A stretch of DNA of 64,000 bases from Salinispira sp. (GTDB lineage Bacteria > Spirochaetota > Spirochaetia > DSM-27196 > Salinispiraceae). The notes under the pieces were generated by a model. The model saw nothing but the letters and a program-made list of their open reading frames with translations, searched no databases and was not told the origin of the DNA. Position numbers and translations under genes: made by a program. Shown here piece by piece: positions 50,719-61,000 of this stretch (positions are counted from its first letter, which is position 1; every line of letters starts with the position of its first letter). The stretch covers positions 128,001 to 192,000 of the forward strand of contig CBDDDG010000014.1 in NCBI GenBank assembly GCA_965226555.1, read 5' to 3'.

Positions 50719-51228
50719 ATATTCTTTAAGTCCGCGTGCCATCAGCACCTTACCTGTTCTCATGAGTTCGACAATATCGAATTCCTTGAAAACTTCGCAG
50801 GCGCTGTCAATCCGTTCGCTGTTGCCCTCTATTTCAATAATTACTGAATCGGGCATAACGTCAATAATAGTACACTTCATCGCATCAGCAAGCTGAAAAA
50901 CCTCAAGACGGGCATGTCCGGAACAGGCAAGTTTAAACAATGCCAATTCTTTCTGAATAATGTCTTCATTGGTTCTGTCATGCGCAGAAACAACATCCAC
51001 AAGTTTATTAAGCTGCTTAATAATCTGATCAAGAACTTTTTGATCCCCTCTGGCAGTAATGTTCATTCTCGAAAAATGCGGATCATTCGATGCCGATACC
51101 ACCAGACTGTCAATGTTGTATCCCCTGCGGGCAAAGACCAATGCAACCCGTATAAGCACTCCCGGCTTGTTAGACACAAAGAGGCTGATTGTATGACGTT
51201 TCATCGTATCGTTCATGTTTTTCTCCAT
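50713..51228 (-). CDS. ilvN: Acetolactate synthase small subunit
   Basis: NKPGVL.RV..VFARRGYNIDSL, KQLNKLVDV, RTG. Confidence 0.96.
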   Translation of the reverse strand: MEKNMNDTMKRHTISLFVSNKPGVLIRVALVFARRGYNIDSLVVSASNDPHFSRMNITARGDQKVLDQIIKQLNKLVDVVSAHDRTNEDIIQKELALFKLACSGHARLEVFQLADAMKCTIIDVMPDSVIIEIEGNSERIDSACEVFKEFDIVELMRTGKVLMARGLKEYN

Positions 51229-51282
51229 TATCTGTACCCCGATCGGTTTTTATCAGGTCGATGTATATTAGGTCGATGTATA

Positions 51283-53001
51283 TTAGGTCGATCCAACGGG
51301 TTTCTCCAGTTCAATCTTTGGTTCCTCAAGTATCATATCCGCAAGCGCTGCGCCGGCAGGAATCATGGGGAATACATTGCTCTCTTTTTCAACGATGGCA
51401 TCAATCACAACCGGCCCCTCATTCCATGCAAGAGCAGATGCGATAATCCGTTTAACATCGGCGCTGCGCTTCAGTTTGTATCCCTTGGCGCCATAGCTTT
51501 CCGCAAGTTTGACAAAGTCCGGATTTCCTTCCATATCAACACCCGAAAGACGGTTTTCATAAAAAAGACTTTGCCATTGCCGAACCATGCCAAGGTATGC
51601 GTTATTTATAATAAGAATTTTTATGGGCAGTTTATTAACCACGGCGGTCGCCAGTTCACAGAGGGTCATTTGAAAGCCGCCGTCACCAACTACTGAAATA
51701 ACAGTCTTATCGGGCTGCGCAAATTGGGCGCCGATTGCTGCGGGAAAGCCGAATCCCATTGTTCCGGCTCCTCCGGAGCTTATCCAGTGGAAGCGGTCAT
51801 TTGTTCGGCAATACTGAGCTGCCCACATCTGATGCTGTCCAACATCGGTTGTAACAATTGCCTTACCCTTACTTTGAATATGCATTTCATCAATAACATG
51901 CTGAGCCGATAATTTTCCCGTACGGCGGTAATGAAGAGGAAAATCCCGTTTCCAACGCCGTATCTGCCTGATCCAATCCAGTGTCTGACCGGGGCGGCAA
52001 TGTTTAAGAAGTTCCCCAACAATTTTCCGCGCATCCCCATGAAGGGTAACATCCATGCTGAGAACCTTTTCAAATTCAGACGGATCAATGTCAATGTGAA
52101 TTTTCTTTGCATCTGTGCAGAAGGCATCTGTTTTACCAACAATACGGTCATCCCAACGTGAGCCAATGGACATGATCAGATCGCAACTGGTAACAGCCTT
52201 GTTGGCGTAGGCAGTCCCGTGCATGCCGAGCATCCCGAGGCTCAGTTCATGATCCTCCGGAAAGCATCCCTTCCCAAGGAGGGTATTGGTTACCGGAATG
52301 TTCATTGTTTCCGCCAGTTCAATGACCTCCTTTTCTGCGCCCGAGATAACCGCGCCATGACCAACAAGGAGAATGGGACGCTGAGCCTTTCTCAGAAGAT
52401 TTACTGTTTCAGCAATTTCTTCTGCTGTCGTATTGTTCAATGAAGGCATATAGCCGGGAATGTGAAATTCTTCATCGTAACGGGGAACGATCATTGCTGA
52501 AGAAATATCTTTTGGAACATCAATAAGTACCGGCCCGGGCCTTCCGCTCTGGGCAATATAAAATGCTTCCCTCATTATTCGGGGGATATTTTCAGGGTCC
52601 TTTATAAGATAGGAATGTTTTACAACCGGAAAGGAAATACCGGAAACATCGGCTTCCTGAAAGGCATCAAGACCCAGATTCCATGTGGTATTCTGACCGG
52701 TAATAATGACCATGGGAACTGAATCCATTTGAGCGGTAAGAATGCCGGTAATAGTATTAGTAGCGCCGGGACCCGATGTTACAAGCACAACTGCGGGTTT
52801 TCCTGAAGCCCGGGCATAGCCGTCTGCCATATGGGCTGCACCCTGTTCGTGGCGGGTGAGAATGAGTTTGACCGGAGAACCAACAATGGCGTCAAATATC
52901 GGAATTGCCGCGCCGCCCGGTAATCCGAAAATATATTTCACTCCCTGCTTATGAATCATCTCAATAATAACTTCAGCGCCGCTCATCGTTGTGCTTTTCA
53001 T
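51283..53001 (-). CDS. ilvB: Acetolactate synthase large subunit
   Basis: [41 protein letters not shown]. Confidence 0.97.
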   Translation of the reverse strand: MKSTTMSGAEVIIEMIHKQGVKYIFGLPGGAAIPIFDAIVGSPVKLILTRHEQGAAHMADGYARASGKPAVVLVTSGPGATNTITGILTAQMDSVPMVIITGQNTTWNLGLDAFQEADVSGISFPVVKHSYLIKDPENIPRIMREAFYIAQSGRPGPVLIDVPKDISSAMIVPRYDEEFHIPGYMPSLNNTTAEEIAETVNLLRKAQRPILLVGHGAVISGAEKEVIELAETMNIPVTNTLLGKGCFPEDHELSLGMLGMHGTAYANKAVTSCDLIMSIGSRWDDRIVGKTDAFCTDAKKIHIDIDPSEFEKVLSMDVTLHGDARKIVGELLKHCRPGQTLDWIRQIRRWKRDFPLHYRRTGKLSAQHVIDEMHIQSKGKAIVTTDVGQHQMWAAQYCRTNDRFHWISSGGAGTMGFGFPAAIGAQFAQPDKTVISVVGDGGFQMTLCELATAVVNKLPIKILIINNAYLGMVRQWQSLFYENRLSGVDMEGNPDFVKLAESYGAKGYKLKRSADVKRIIASALAWNEGPVVIDAIVEKESNVFPMIPAGAALADMILEEPKIELEKPVGST

Positions 53002-53267
53002 AGGTACCCTCCTTGTAAAGGCATAGAGTTATATAATATATATTACAAAAAAAATGATAAAGTCAAGAAAAATATGAAAAATATGAAAAAAATATACAAT
53101 AAAAATATAAAGTTTCCCATTTATATAAAAAAATGCACCAGAAATTTACAAAAAAACCATGTAATTTCACGAAATGTCAATTTTTAGTAGAAGACCTGTG
53201 TGGTATATAATCGGAATAGATGATATATTTGCCTGAAATACAGGAGACCGAAATCAGGAGAATAGGC

Positions 53268-54761
53268 ATGAAAACGGTGTTGGTAATTGGAGGCGGTTTT
53301 ACGGGAATGGCTGTTGCCGCGCTTCTCCAGAATAAGGGAATGGATGTAAGTATTGCAGAGAAGAACAGCCAACTTGGCGGAAGGGCGCGGACCTGGTCCA
53401 GTAAGGGCTATACCTTCGATATGGGTCCCTCATGGTATCTCATGCCGGAGGTATTTGAAAAATTCTTCACGGGTTTGGGTAAAAAACGGGAAGATTATTA
53501 CACGCTGCGGAAACTTGATCCGCTTTACCGGGTGTTTTTTGAAGGAGAAAACACCGTCGACATTCATTCCGACATTGAGCAGACAGCAAAGCTTTTTGAG
53601 AGTTTTGAACGGGGAGGGCAGGAGCGCCTCAATGCCTATCTTGAAAATTGCAGGTATACATATCAGCTTGCATTAAACCGCTTTCTCTACTCCGAATACC
53701 GCAATATCTTTCAATTCTTTAATCCATCCACCGTTTTTCATGGTCTGCGTCTCGGAATTTTCAGGAGTCTGCATAAACATGTACAGAAATATTTTTCCGA
53801 TCACCGCGCGCAGAAAATCTTGGAATATGCCATGGTCTTTCTCGGTACCAGCCCAAATGCTGCTCCGTCATTTTACTCAATTATGAGTCATGTTGATCTT
53901 GTGCAGGGAGTCTATTTTCCTCAGGGTGGAATGGGCGCCATGGTCGCCGGTATGGAAAAACTTCTTTCGGAATTGAATGTTACTGTGAGAACTAATTGCG
54001 AGGTGCAGCATATACATGCGAATGGGAATAAGGTAGAGAGCGTTCAAACAAGCCAGGGCATTATGAAGCCCGATTATGTCATCGGTACGGGCGATTATCA
54101 TCATCTTGAGCAGGATTTACTTGAAAAACCCTATCGGAATTTATCGAAAAAATACTGGCAGAAAGCTGTTCTTGCCCCATCCATGTTCATTCTCTATCTG
54201 GGTGTCAGGAGGAAAATTCCGCAATTAGCGCATCATAATCTCTTCTTTGCTTCCGATTGGAACCGGCATTTTAATCAAATTTTTGAAAAACCACAGTGGC
54301 CGGACAATCCATCATATTATGTGAGCGCGGTAAGCCGTGATGATAGTACCATGGCTCCTCCGGGCAGGGAAAATATTTTCATTCTTGTTCCCATTGCTCC
54401 CGGGCTCGAATGCGCTGAAGAGCATAAACAGCGCTATGCCGAAAAAATGATTATTCATCTTGAGGCATTGACCGGCAAATCAATTCGAGATGAAATTGAG
54501 GTTCAGCGCATATATACTGCGCAGGATTTTCAGGATGATTATCATGCCTTCAGGGGTACAGCCCTTGGCCTCGCGCACACACTCGGCCAAACTGCCGTAT
54601 TTCGTCCGCCCATGCGGAACAGAAAGCTGGAAAATCTTTTCTATGCAGGGCAGTATACTCATCCCGGGGTCGGTGTTCCAATGACCTTCATCGCTGCGGA
54701 TATAGTCGCAGACATTCTGGCAAAAACTGCCGGAACTGCCGGAACTCCCGGAACTGCCTGA
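53268..54761 (+). CDS. crtI: Phytoene desaturase family protein
   Basis: VIGGGFTG, FDMGPSWYLMP, GTALGLAHTLGQTAVFRP, GQYTHPGVGVP. Confidence 0.9.
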   Translation: MKTVLVIGGGFTGMAVAALLQNKGMDVSIAEKNSQLGGRARTWSSKGYTFDMGPSWYLMPEVFEKFFTGLGKKREDYYTLRKLDPLYRVFFEGENTVDIHSDIEQTAKLFESFERGGQERLNAYLENCRYTYQLALNRFLYSEYRNIFQFFNPSTVFHGLRLGIFRSLHKHVQKYFSDHRAQKILEYAMVFLGTSPNAAPSFYSIMSHVDLVQGVYFPQGGMGAMVAGMEKLLSELNVTVRTNCEVQHIHANGNKVESVQTSQGIMKPDYVIGTGDYHHLEQDLLEKPYRNLSKKYWQKAVLAPSMFILYLGVRRKIPQLAHHNLFFASDWNRHFNQIFEKPQWPDNPSYYVSAVSRDDSTMAPPGRENIFILVPIAPGLECAEEHKQRYAEKMIIHLEALTGKSIRDEIEVQRIYTAQDFQDDYHAFRGTALGLAHTLGQTAVFRPPMRNRKLENLFYAGQYTHPGVGVPMTFIAADIVADILAKTAGTAGTPGTA

Positions 54762-54782
54762 ATATAGTACTGCGGAGTGTAT

Positions 54783-55859
54783 ATGAAATCGGAACATGCA
54801 GACGACTTATTCATTGAATTTCACCAACCCGTTAAGGAAGCAATTTCCGACTGTCTCACCATACTGCAGAATCAGAACCATCCCTTCGGAACGTTTAGCT
54901 CAGACACATTCAAAAATCTGAAAGAGTACACGCTCCGGGGAAAACTCATTCGCGGGAGTCTCGTTCCCTTCACCTATTTTAAACTGCCCGGGCGGCAGGT
55001 GCCGGAGAGCGATGTCTATGCCCTGAGCGCTGTTATGGAGATTTTTCAGAGTATGCTGCTGATACATGATGACATTATGGATCAGGATGCGCTCCGCAGA
55101 GGCAAACCGGCCATCCACCGGCTGTACGCCCGGGAGGCGGAGAAGGAGGGTATGAGAAATTTCAACCATTATGGGGAATGTATGGGTATCTGCATTGGCG
55201 ATATCGCAGTCTTTGCGGCCTTCGGCATTGTTTCCCGCCTGAATTGCGAGCCCGGAATTATCAGGGACATTCTGGAACTGTTTTCCCGTGAACTTATGCT
55301 TGTCGGAATGGCTCAAATGCAGGATCTGCGAAGTAGCGAAATTGCTCTCCGGCGCCTGAAATGGGATGATATTATAGATACCTACCGCTTCAAGACCGGC
55401 CGTTACACTTTCAGTCTTCCCATGAGCCTCGGCGCCATGCTTCGCGATACCGACAATACTATCAGACATAATCTTGAAACCCTTGGTGAATATCTTGGTA
55501 TCATATTCCAGATAAAAGATGATGAGATCGGTATGTTTGGTAATCCTGATGAGACAGGAAAACCGAATGACTCCGATCTTGCCGAGGGAAAAAAGACACT
55601 GTTCATGCATCTTCTCATGTCATCCCTGGAGGAATCTGGAAAGGTTGAGCTTAATAGGATACTCGAAAATTACCGCGGCGCAGATGATCTCGCGTGGGTG
55701 CGCGATAACATGGAACGCTGTTCAATACGCGAACACATTACTGAAACGCTTCGGGAGTATGCGGAAAAATGCGCCGACATTATTGATGCCCTCCCTCAAA
55801 CACCCTTCAGCGACCAGCTTCGGGTATTTCTGGCGTATAATCTCGACAGAGGTCATTAA
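54783..55859 (+). CDS. Polyprenyl (GGPP-type) synthase
   Basis: GKLIRG, LIHDDIMD..LRRG, KT.RYT, FQIKDD, DL.EGKKT. Confidence 0.92.
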   Translation: MKSEHADDLFIEFHQPVKEAISDCLTILQNQNHPFGTFSSDTFKNLKEYTLRGKLIRGSLVPFTYFKLPGRQVPESDVYALSAVMEIFQSMLLIHDDIMDQDALRRGKPAIHRLYAREAEKEGMRNFNHYGECMGICIGDIAVFAAFGIVSRLNCEPGIIRDILELFSRELMLVGMAQMQDLRSSEIALRRLKWDDIIDTYRFKTGRYTFSLPMSLGAMLRDTDNTIRHNLETLGEYLGIIFQIKDDEIGMFGNPDETGKPNDSDLAEGKKTLFMHLLMSSLEESGKVELNRILENYRGADDLAWVRDNMERCSIREHITETLREYAEKCADIIDALPQTPFSDQLRVFLAYNLDRGH

Positions 55860-56457
55860 TAAAGAACTCATGTATGCGGGTATCGGAAGTGAGTTCCGGG
55901 TGAAAGCCGCATGCGAGAATGTTGTTCTGCTGAATCATGACCGGGGAGTTTTCAAATTCCGATAGTATTCGGACATCGTCCGAACAATAGGTAATTCGCG
56001 GCGCCCGTATGAAAATTGCGGTGAAGGAATAGGGCGGTACTCTGCCGGTGTCGATGATCAGACTGCTTTCAAAACTTTCAATCTGGCTTCCGTAGGCATT
56101 ACGCTCAACTTCAATATCCAAAACTTCAAAGGTACATTCACAGCGCCCCGTCACCGTTTTTGCAAGAAGAATCATGCCTGCGCAGGTGCCGAAAACAGGC
56201 AGCCCGCCCCGTATTTTCTGAGCAATTGCCCGATCAAGCCCCCGCCGCCGCAGAAGCATTCCGATTGTTGTGCTCTCACCGCCCGGGAGAATGAGTCCAT
56301 GGCAGTCGTTCAGGTCTTCAGCGCGGCGGACTTCCACCCCCCGATGCCCAAGCGCAGTAACTTTTTGCATGTGTTGTGAAAAATCTCCCTGGAGGCTCAG
56401 CACAGCGATGGATTTCTGCGCGGGGCGGCGCGGTGCGGGGTGCGCGGGGTGGTGCAC
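55807..56457 (-). CDS. pdxT: PLP synthase glutaminase subunit
   Basis: LQGDF, LPGGESTT, GTCAGMIL, RNAYGSQ, FIRAP, FHPEL. Confidence 0.96.
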   Translation of the reverse strand: MHHPAHPAPRRPAQKSIAVLSLQGDFSQHMQKVTALGHRGVEVRRAEDLNDCHGLILPGGESTTIGMLLRRRGLDRAIAQKIRGGLPVFGTCAGMILLAKTVTGRCECTFEVLDIEVERNAYGSQIESFESSLIIDTGRVPPYSFTAIFIRAPRITYCSDDVRILSEFENSPVMIQQNNILACGFHPELTSDTRIHEFFINDLCRDYTPEIPEAGR

Positions 56458-56465
56458 GGTTTGCT

Positions 56466-57371
56466 TTACCAGCCCCGTTCTGCTAGGCGCTCGGTCGGCG
56501 GAATGCCGGCCGCGCTCATACCCCGCATGGGTTCTCCGAGGTTCCGGGATATTTCCAGCAGTTTGTCGGGTTCCCGGTAAAAGCTCACCGCATCGACGAT
56601 AGATCGTGCGCGTTTACTCGGATCCTCACTCTTGAAAATGCCTGAACCGACAAACACAGCCTCGGCTCCGAGCTGCATCATAAGAGCAGCATCAGCCGGT
56701 GTTGCTACACCGCCCGCAGAGAAATTAGGCACCGGCAGTTTCCCCGTTTGAGCTATTTCACTCACCATCTCAAAGGGGGCGCCAAGGTTTTTCGCTTCCG
56801 TCATACGTTGTTCTTTACTGAGACCCCGCAGAATTTGAATGCTGCCGTGAACAGTACGGAGATGCCGAACGGCCTCAACAATATCACCGGTACCTGCTTC
56901 ACCCTTGGTGCGGATCATTGCCGCTCCCTCGCCTATACGGCGCAATGCTTCACCGAGGTTACGGCAGCCGCATACAAAGGGCACCCGAAATTCATGCTTC
57001 CAGATATGATATTCCTCATCTGCCGGCGTCAGAACCTCACTCTCATCAATAAAATCAACACCAATGGACTCAAGTATCTGAGCTTCCACAAAATGTCCAA
57101 TTCGCGCCTTTGCCATAACAGGAATGGAAACAGCAGCCCGTATTTCTTCAATAAGCGCGGGGTCACTCATTCTGGCAACTCCGCCTTCTTTGCGGATATC
57201 CGCGGGAACACGTTCCAGCGCCATGACCGCCTGCGCGCCGGCATCCTCGGATATTTTCGCCTGCTCGGCATCAACAACATCCATAATAACGCCGCCTTTG
57301 AGCATCTCCGCAAGCCCAATTTTTGTGCGCCAAGTAGATTCCTGCCGTTCTGACCAGAATGTGGAATTCAT
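56466..57371 (-). CDS. pdxS: PLP synthase lyase subunit
   Basis: [40 protein letters not shown]. Confidence 0.97.
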   Translation of the reverse strand: MNSTFWSERQESTWRTKIGLAEMLKGGVIMDVVDAEQAKISEDAGAQAVMALERVPADIRKEGGVARMSDPALIEEIRAAVSIPVMAKARIGHFVEAQILESIGVDFIDESEVLTPADEEYHIWKHEFRVPFVCGCRNLGEALRRIGEGAAMIRTKGEAGTGDIVEAVRHLRTVHGSIQILRGLSKEQRMTEAKNLGAPFEMVSEIAQTGKLPVPNFSAGGVATPADAALMMQLGAEAVFVGSGIFKSEDPSKRARSIVDAVSFYREPDKLLEISRNLGEPMRGMSAAGIPPTERLAERGW

Positions 57372-57398
57372 ATGCTGCCCCTCAGTAAAATTGTTTCC

Positions 57399-57520
57399 AT
57401 ACCTTGAGAGAATCAAGATAACAAAGCTTTGCTACTGGAAATTGTGCTTGCGCAATTTTCCAATTCAAAACTTTCTCACAGAAAGTATAGTGAAAAATTT
57501 TGCAAAATGCAAAAGTTTTT
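57399..57520. repeat. Hairpin element modules upstream of pdxS; another at 57618-57668
   Basis: acaaagctttgctactggaaattgtgcttgcgcaattttccaattcaaaactttc; aaaattttgcaaaatgcaaaagtt. Confidence 0.85.
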
Positions 57521-57778
57521 AGTAAGACAATATGCGATGTGTAAAGACCGATGTGAAATGCGATCGGGATATGCCGGGATATTTGATATTTGTGATCTAA
57601 TGTTATATACTCATTAAAAGTTTTGCTACTGGAAATTGTGCTCTACAAAATTTTCCAATGCAAAAATTGTTGTGCATAGGGTTTCTAAAACTGATATTAT
57701 GCCGCAACCGCAAAAATAATGGCGGAAACCGTCAGATTTTTTCTGGAGAAAAAACAATCATATTACTTGGAGGTATAT

Positions 57779-59346
57779 ATGAGACTTACGACATACAGTG
57801 GGGGGGGGGTAACCCTCTTCGCATTATGCTCAATTTTTATTGTATTGATTTCTGGATGCCCAATGCCGGAACCAAGCCCTGAACCCGAGCTAACCGTGCC
57901 GGGCACAATGGCTGCGCCAACCCTTGAAGTGGGGAATAAGGCACTCATTGCTGCATGGGCTGCGCCGGAAGATGATGGCGGCAGCCCCATTACCGGGTAT
58001 GAGCTGCAATATCGCACAGGCGGCGGAGAATGGACAGATATTTCCGGCATTACCGGCGCCAAGTACACTATTACGGGCTTGGCAAAAGCGACCGAGTACC
58101 ACGTACAGGCGCGCGCCGTCAATGCAATCGGCGCTGGCGGCTGGTCGGAATCTGCCGCTGCAACTCCTCCTGCCACTGTTCCTGACGCGTCGGCTGCCCC
58201 AACCCTTTATGCGGGAACTGGGCGGCTCGTTACGCGTCGGCTGCCCCAACCCTTTATGCGGGAACTGGGCGGCTCGTTGCGAGATGGGTTGCGCCGGAAG
58301 ATGATGGCGGCAGCGACATTATCGGGTATGAGCTGCAGTATCGCGCAGGCGATGGAGCATGGATGGAAATTACTGAAGGTATCACTGGCACAGACCACAG
58401 CATTACCGGACTGACAAACGACGCTCTCTACCAAGTACAGATGCGCGCTGTCAATGCGGTCGGCGCTGGACCATGGTCTGCACCCGCGCTGGGATCGCCG
58501 CTATTTTCTCCGACAGAGATTCCTTCGGGTGAGGAAGGGTCTATAAGCCCTTTGGCTGCCAATAATGCATTTATTACTGCCAGTATTGCCAATGAAAACC
58601 TGAACATCAGCGTTTTGTTGACCACGGTGGAATTGGGCTCTACTCTCACGGTTGAAGAAGGAGACCTTAAAGTAACCCCCGCAACTGCGCCCGCAGGAGT
58701 CACCATTCCGACAGTTGATACGAATACTGGAATTGTTACGGTTACCGCAAGTACAACGGCAGGAACATATGTAGTATATGGTGAAACAGAAAGCGGAGAC
58801 ATACTGTTTGCCGAATATTTCTATGTTACTGAGAGTCCTCAAGATAAAACCGAACTGCAAACAGCGGTAAATGCGGGGATATCAAAATGGGGCCAAACTG
58901 CCGATTTCAACTACATTATTACCACCGCAGTAAGGGATATGAGCACTATATTTGGTAACAAGAACTTATTCAATGGCGATATCTCACTCTGGAATACTGA
59001 ATCGGTAACGAATATGTTTTCTATGTTCAATCAAGCAACTGTATTCAATGGCGATATCTCACTCTGGAATACTGGATCGGTAACGAGTATGTTCAACATG
59101 TTCGTTGCCGCAAGAAAATTCAATAGCGATATCTCCGGTTGGGATGTCAGCAAAGTAACAAATACGACAGGTATGTTCAATAATGCAGTCGCATTCAATC
59201 AAGATCTTGAGGAGTGGAAGGAACATTGGACGCCCGAAACCGGCAACAAGCTTACTACCGCTGATACTCCCAAATATACCGGAGACTATGCAGGTATGTT
59301 TGCGAATTCCGGCGTGACAGGTGATCTGATTCCGTCATGGTATTAG
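57779..59346 (+). pseudogene. Fn3 x2 + DUF285 lipoprotein frameshifted by a 47-bp tandem duplication
   Basis: GGAGG RBS, ISGC lipobox; exact duplication 58185-58231/58232-58278; removing one copy gives 507 codons. Confidence 0.88.
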
Positions 59347-59690
59347 GAGTTTCATAGCCCGCAGTGGCTATTGAAACGCTGCAACTCAACTCAGGCAGGC
59401 GCGGAAAAGAATCCGTGCCTGCCTTTTTCGATAGCTCTGCCCATGCGACTGTTGCTGAGACGATGGGCTCAGGTCAATATCTCAAAATAATAGAAACTTT
59501 TTGAAAAAATTTCTCATGTTATCATTCACTGTTCATATGTAACCCGTCTATAGTATGAGCAAAAAATATATCGGTATGGTGCCACTCTGACCCACGCTCA
59601 CTCAATTTTCGGGATATCTTACGCAGTCAGTCGGATATCGCCATAGACGCGCTATCCTGAGCGCACCCCTTCCCGTCCACTACCCGCATT

Positions 59691-59785
59691 CCCCCATCCC
59701 CTGAAAAAAATTCACACATTTTGCAAAATTCTTTCAAAAAAGATAGTTAAAAATGACCGTTTACCCGTCACAGATATAGAGGGGA
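59691..59785 (+). promoter_or_regulatory. Conserved Rpn 5' leader
   Basis: Matches 17570-17670 and reverse of 16062-16160. Confidence 0.7.
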
Positions 59786-59867
59786 GAATTCACCATGGGA
59801 CCATGTCGCCATGGGATCTCCCCTATTCAGAAAAAAACGTTCATAAGAAACATTCAGGAGGAATTAT

Positions 59868-60989
59868 ATGATCGATTTCAAAGAAAAACCCGCCCCCGTT
59901 CCCTACGACCAAGGCTACCGCTCTCTGCTGTTCCAACCCGCAATAATGCTCCAATTTCTGCAACGCTTTGTCGGAGGCGCATGGACGAAAAAACTCCGAA
60001 TAGAAGACATAACCATTGAAAACGGTACCTTTTTCATTGACCATGCGAAAACACGAATGGCCGACATTGTCTGCAAAATCAGGAGTCGGGATCACACGGG
60101 AGATGTTGCTATCTATGTGCTCCTTGAGCATCAGTCCGGCGTGGACAAAGACATGCCCTTCCGCATGTTGGAGTACACAAACCTTCTCTGCCGGAACATT
60201 CGCAGCTCCGGCACAATTCCCGATGACTGCGAGTTGGTATTTCTGCCCATTGTGTTTTATAATGGCACGAGAAAATGGAAGGTGCCGGGGAATGTCAGAA
60301 AGCAACGGAAGCGGGAATTCCCGCAGTATCTTGCTCCCTTTCCTTACGAGCTGATAAGCGAGAACGATTATTCTGCGGAGCAGCTGCAGCAGCGGGGAAG
60401 AATGTTTGCGGCTGTTATGTACCTTGATCTGTACTCGAAAAATCTGCTGAATACGGATTGGGACATTCGGAAGGTGGAGAAAGCGATAGCAGAAATGCTG
60501 AATGAAGAATCGCTGGAGCTGATAAAGGAATTTATCGGCGTGGTAGATTCGATGTTCGGAATTGTTATAGACTTTGACACGCTAATGAACCAGTTAGAAA
60601 GAACAAAAGAACCGAGAGGTAAGGAGGTAGCAAAAATGTTCAGAATGAATGCGGAAACATTCAAAGCGCGCATTGCGGAAATGGGTCGGCAGGAAGGACT
60701 GCGAACAGGTCGTGAAGAAGGACTTCAGACAGGATTGCAGACAGGTCGGCAGGAAGGACTGCAGACAGGTCGTGAAGAAGGACTTCAGACAGGATTGCAA
60801 ACAGGTCGTGAAGAAGGACTTCAGAAGGGGCTACAGACAGGCCGCGCGGAGGGGCATATTGAGGAGCGGAGAAAAAACGCCCGTAGTATGTTTTCCAAAG
60901 GATTTTCAGCCCATGACATTCAGGATGTTACCGGGCTGAGCGATGAGGAAATGCGGACATTTCAGAAAAACAAAAACGGTAAAGCGTAG
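59868..60989 (+). CDS. Rpn-family recombination-promoting nuclease / putative transposase (subfamily C), intact
   Basis: AGGAGG RBS; YDQGYR.LL, MADIVCKI, YVLLEHQSGVD..MPFRMLEY, LPIVFYNG..W, (EGLQTGR)n tail. Confidence 0.93.
   Translation: MIDFKEKPAPVPYDQGYRSLLFQPAIMLQFLQRFVGGAWTKKLRIEDITIENGTFFIDHAKTRMADIVCKIRSRDHTGDVAIYVLLEHQSGVDKDMPFRMLEYTNLLCRNIRSSGTIPDDCELVFLPIVFYNGTRKWKVPGNVRKQRKREFPQYLAPFPYELISENDYSAEQLQQRGRMFAAVMYLDLYSKNLLNTDWDIRKVEKAIAEMLNEESLELIKEFIGVVDSMFGIVIDFDTLMNQLERTKEPRGKEVAKMFRMNAETFKARIAEMGRQEGLRTGREEGLQTGLQTGRQEGLQTGREEGLQTGLQTGREEGLQKGLQTGRAEGHIEERRKNARSMFSKGFSAHDIQDVTGLSDEEMRTFQKNKNGKA
60636..60989 (+). CDS. Putative nested RpnS-type antitoxin (117 aa)
   Basis: TAAGGAGGT at 60620-60628, in-frame ATG 7 nt later. 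Confidence 0.65.
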   Translation: MFRMNAETFKARIAEMGRQEGLRTGREEGLQTGLQTGRQEGLQTGREEGLQTGLQTGREEGLQKGLQTGRAEGHIEERRKNARSMFSKGFSAHDIQDVTGLSDEEMRTFQKNKNGKA

Positions 60990-61000
60990 CCGCGCCTCAT

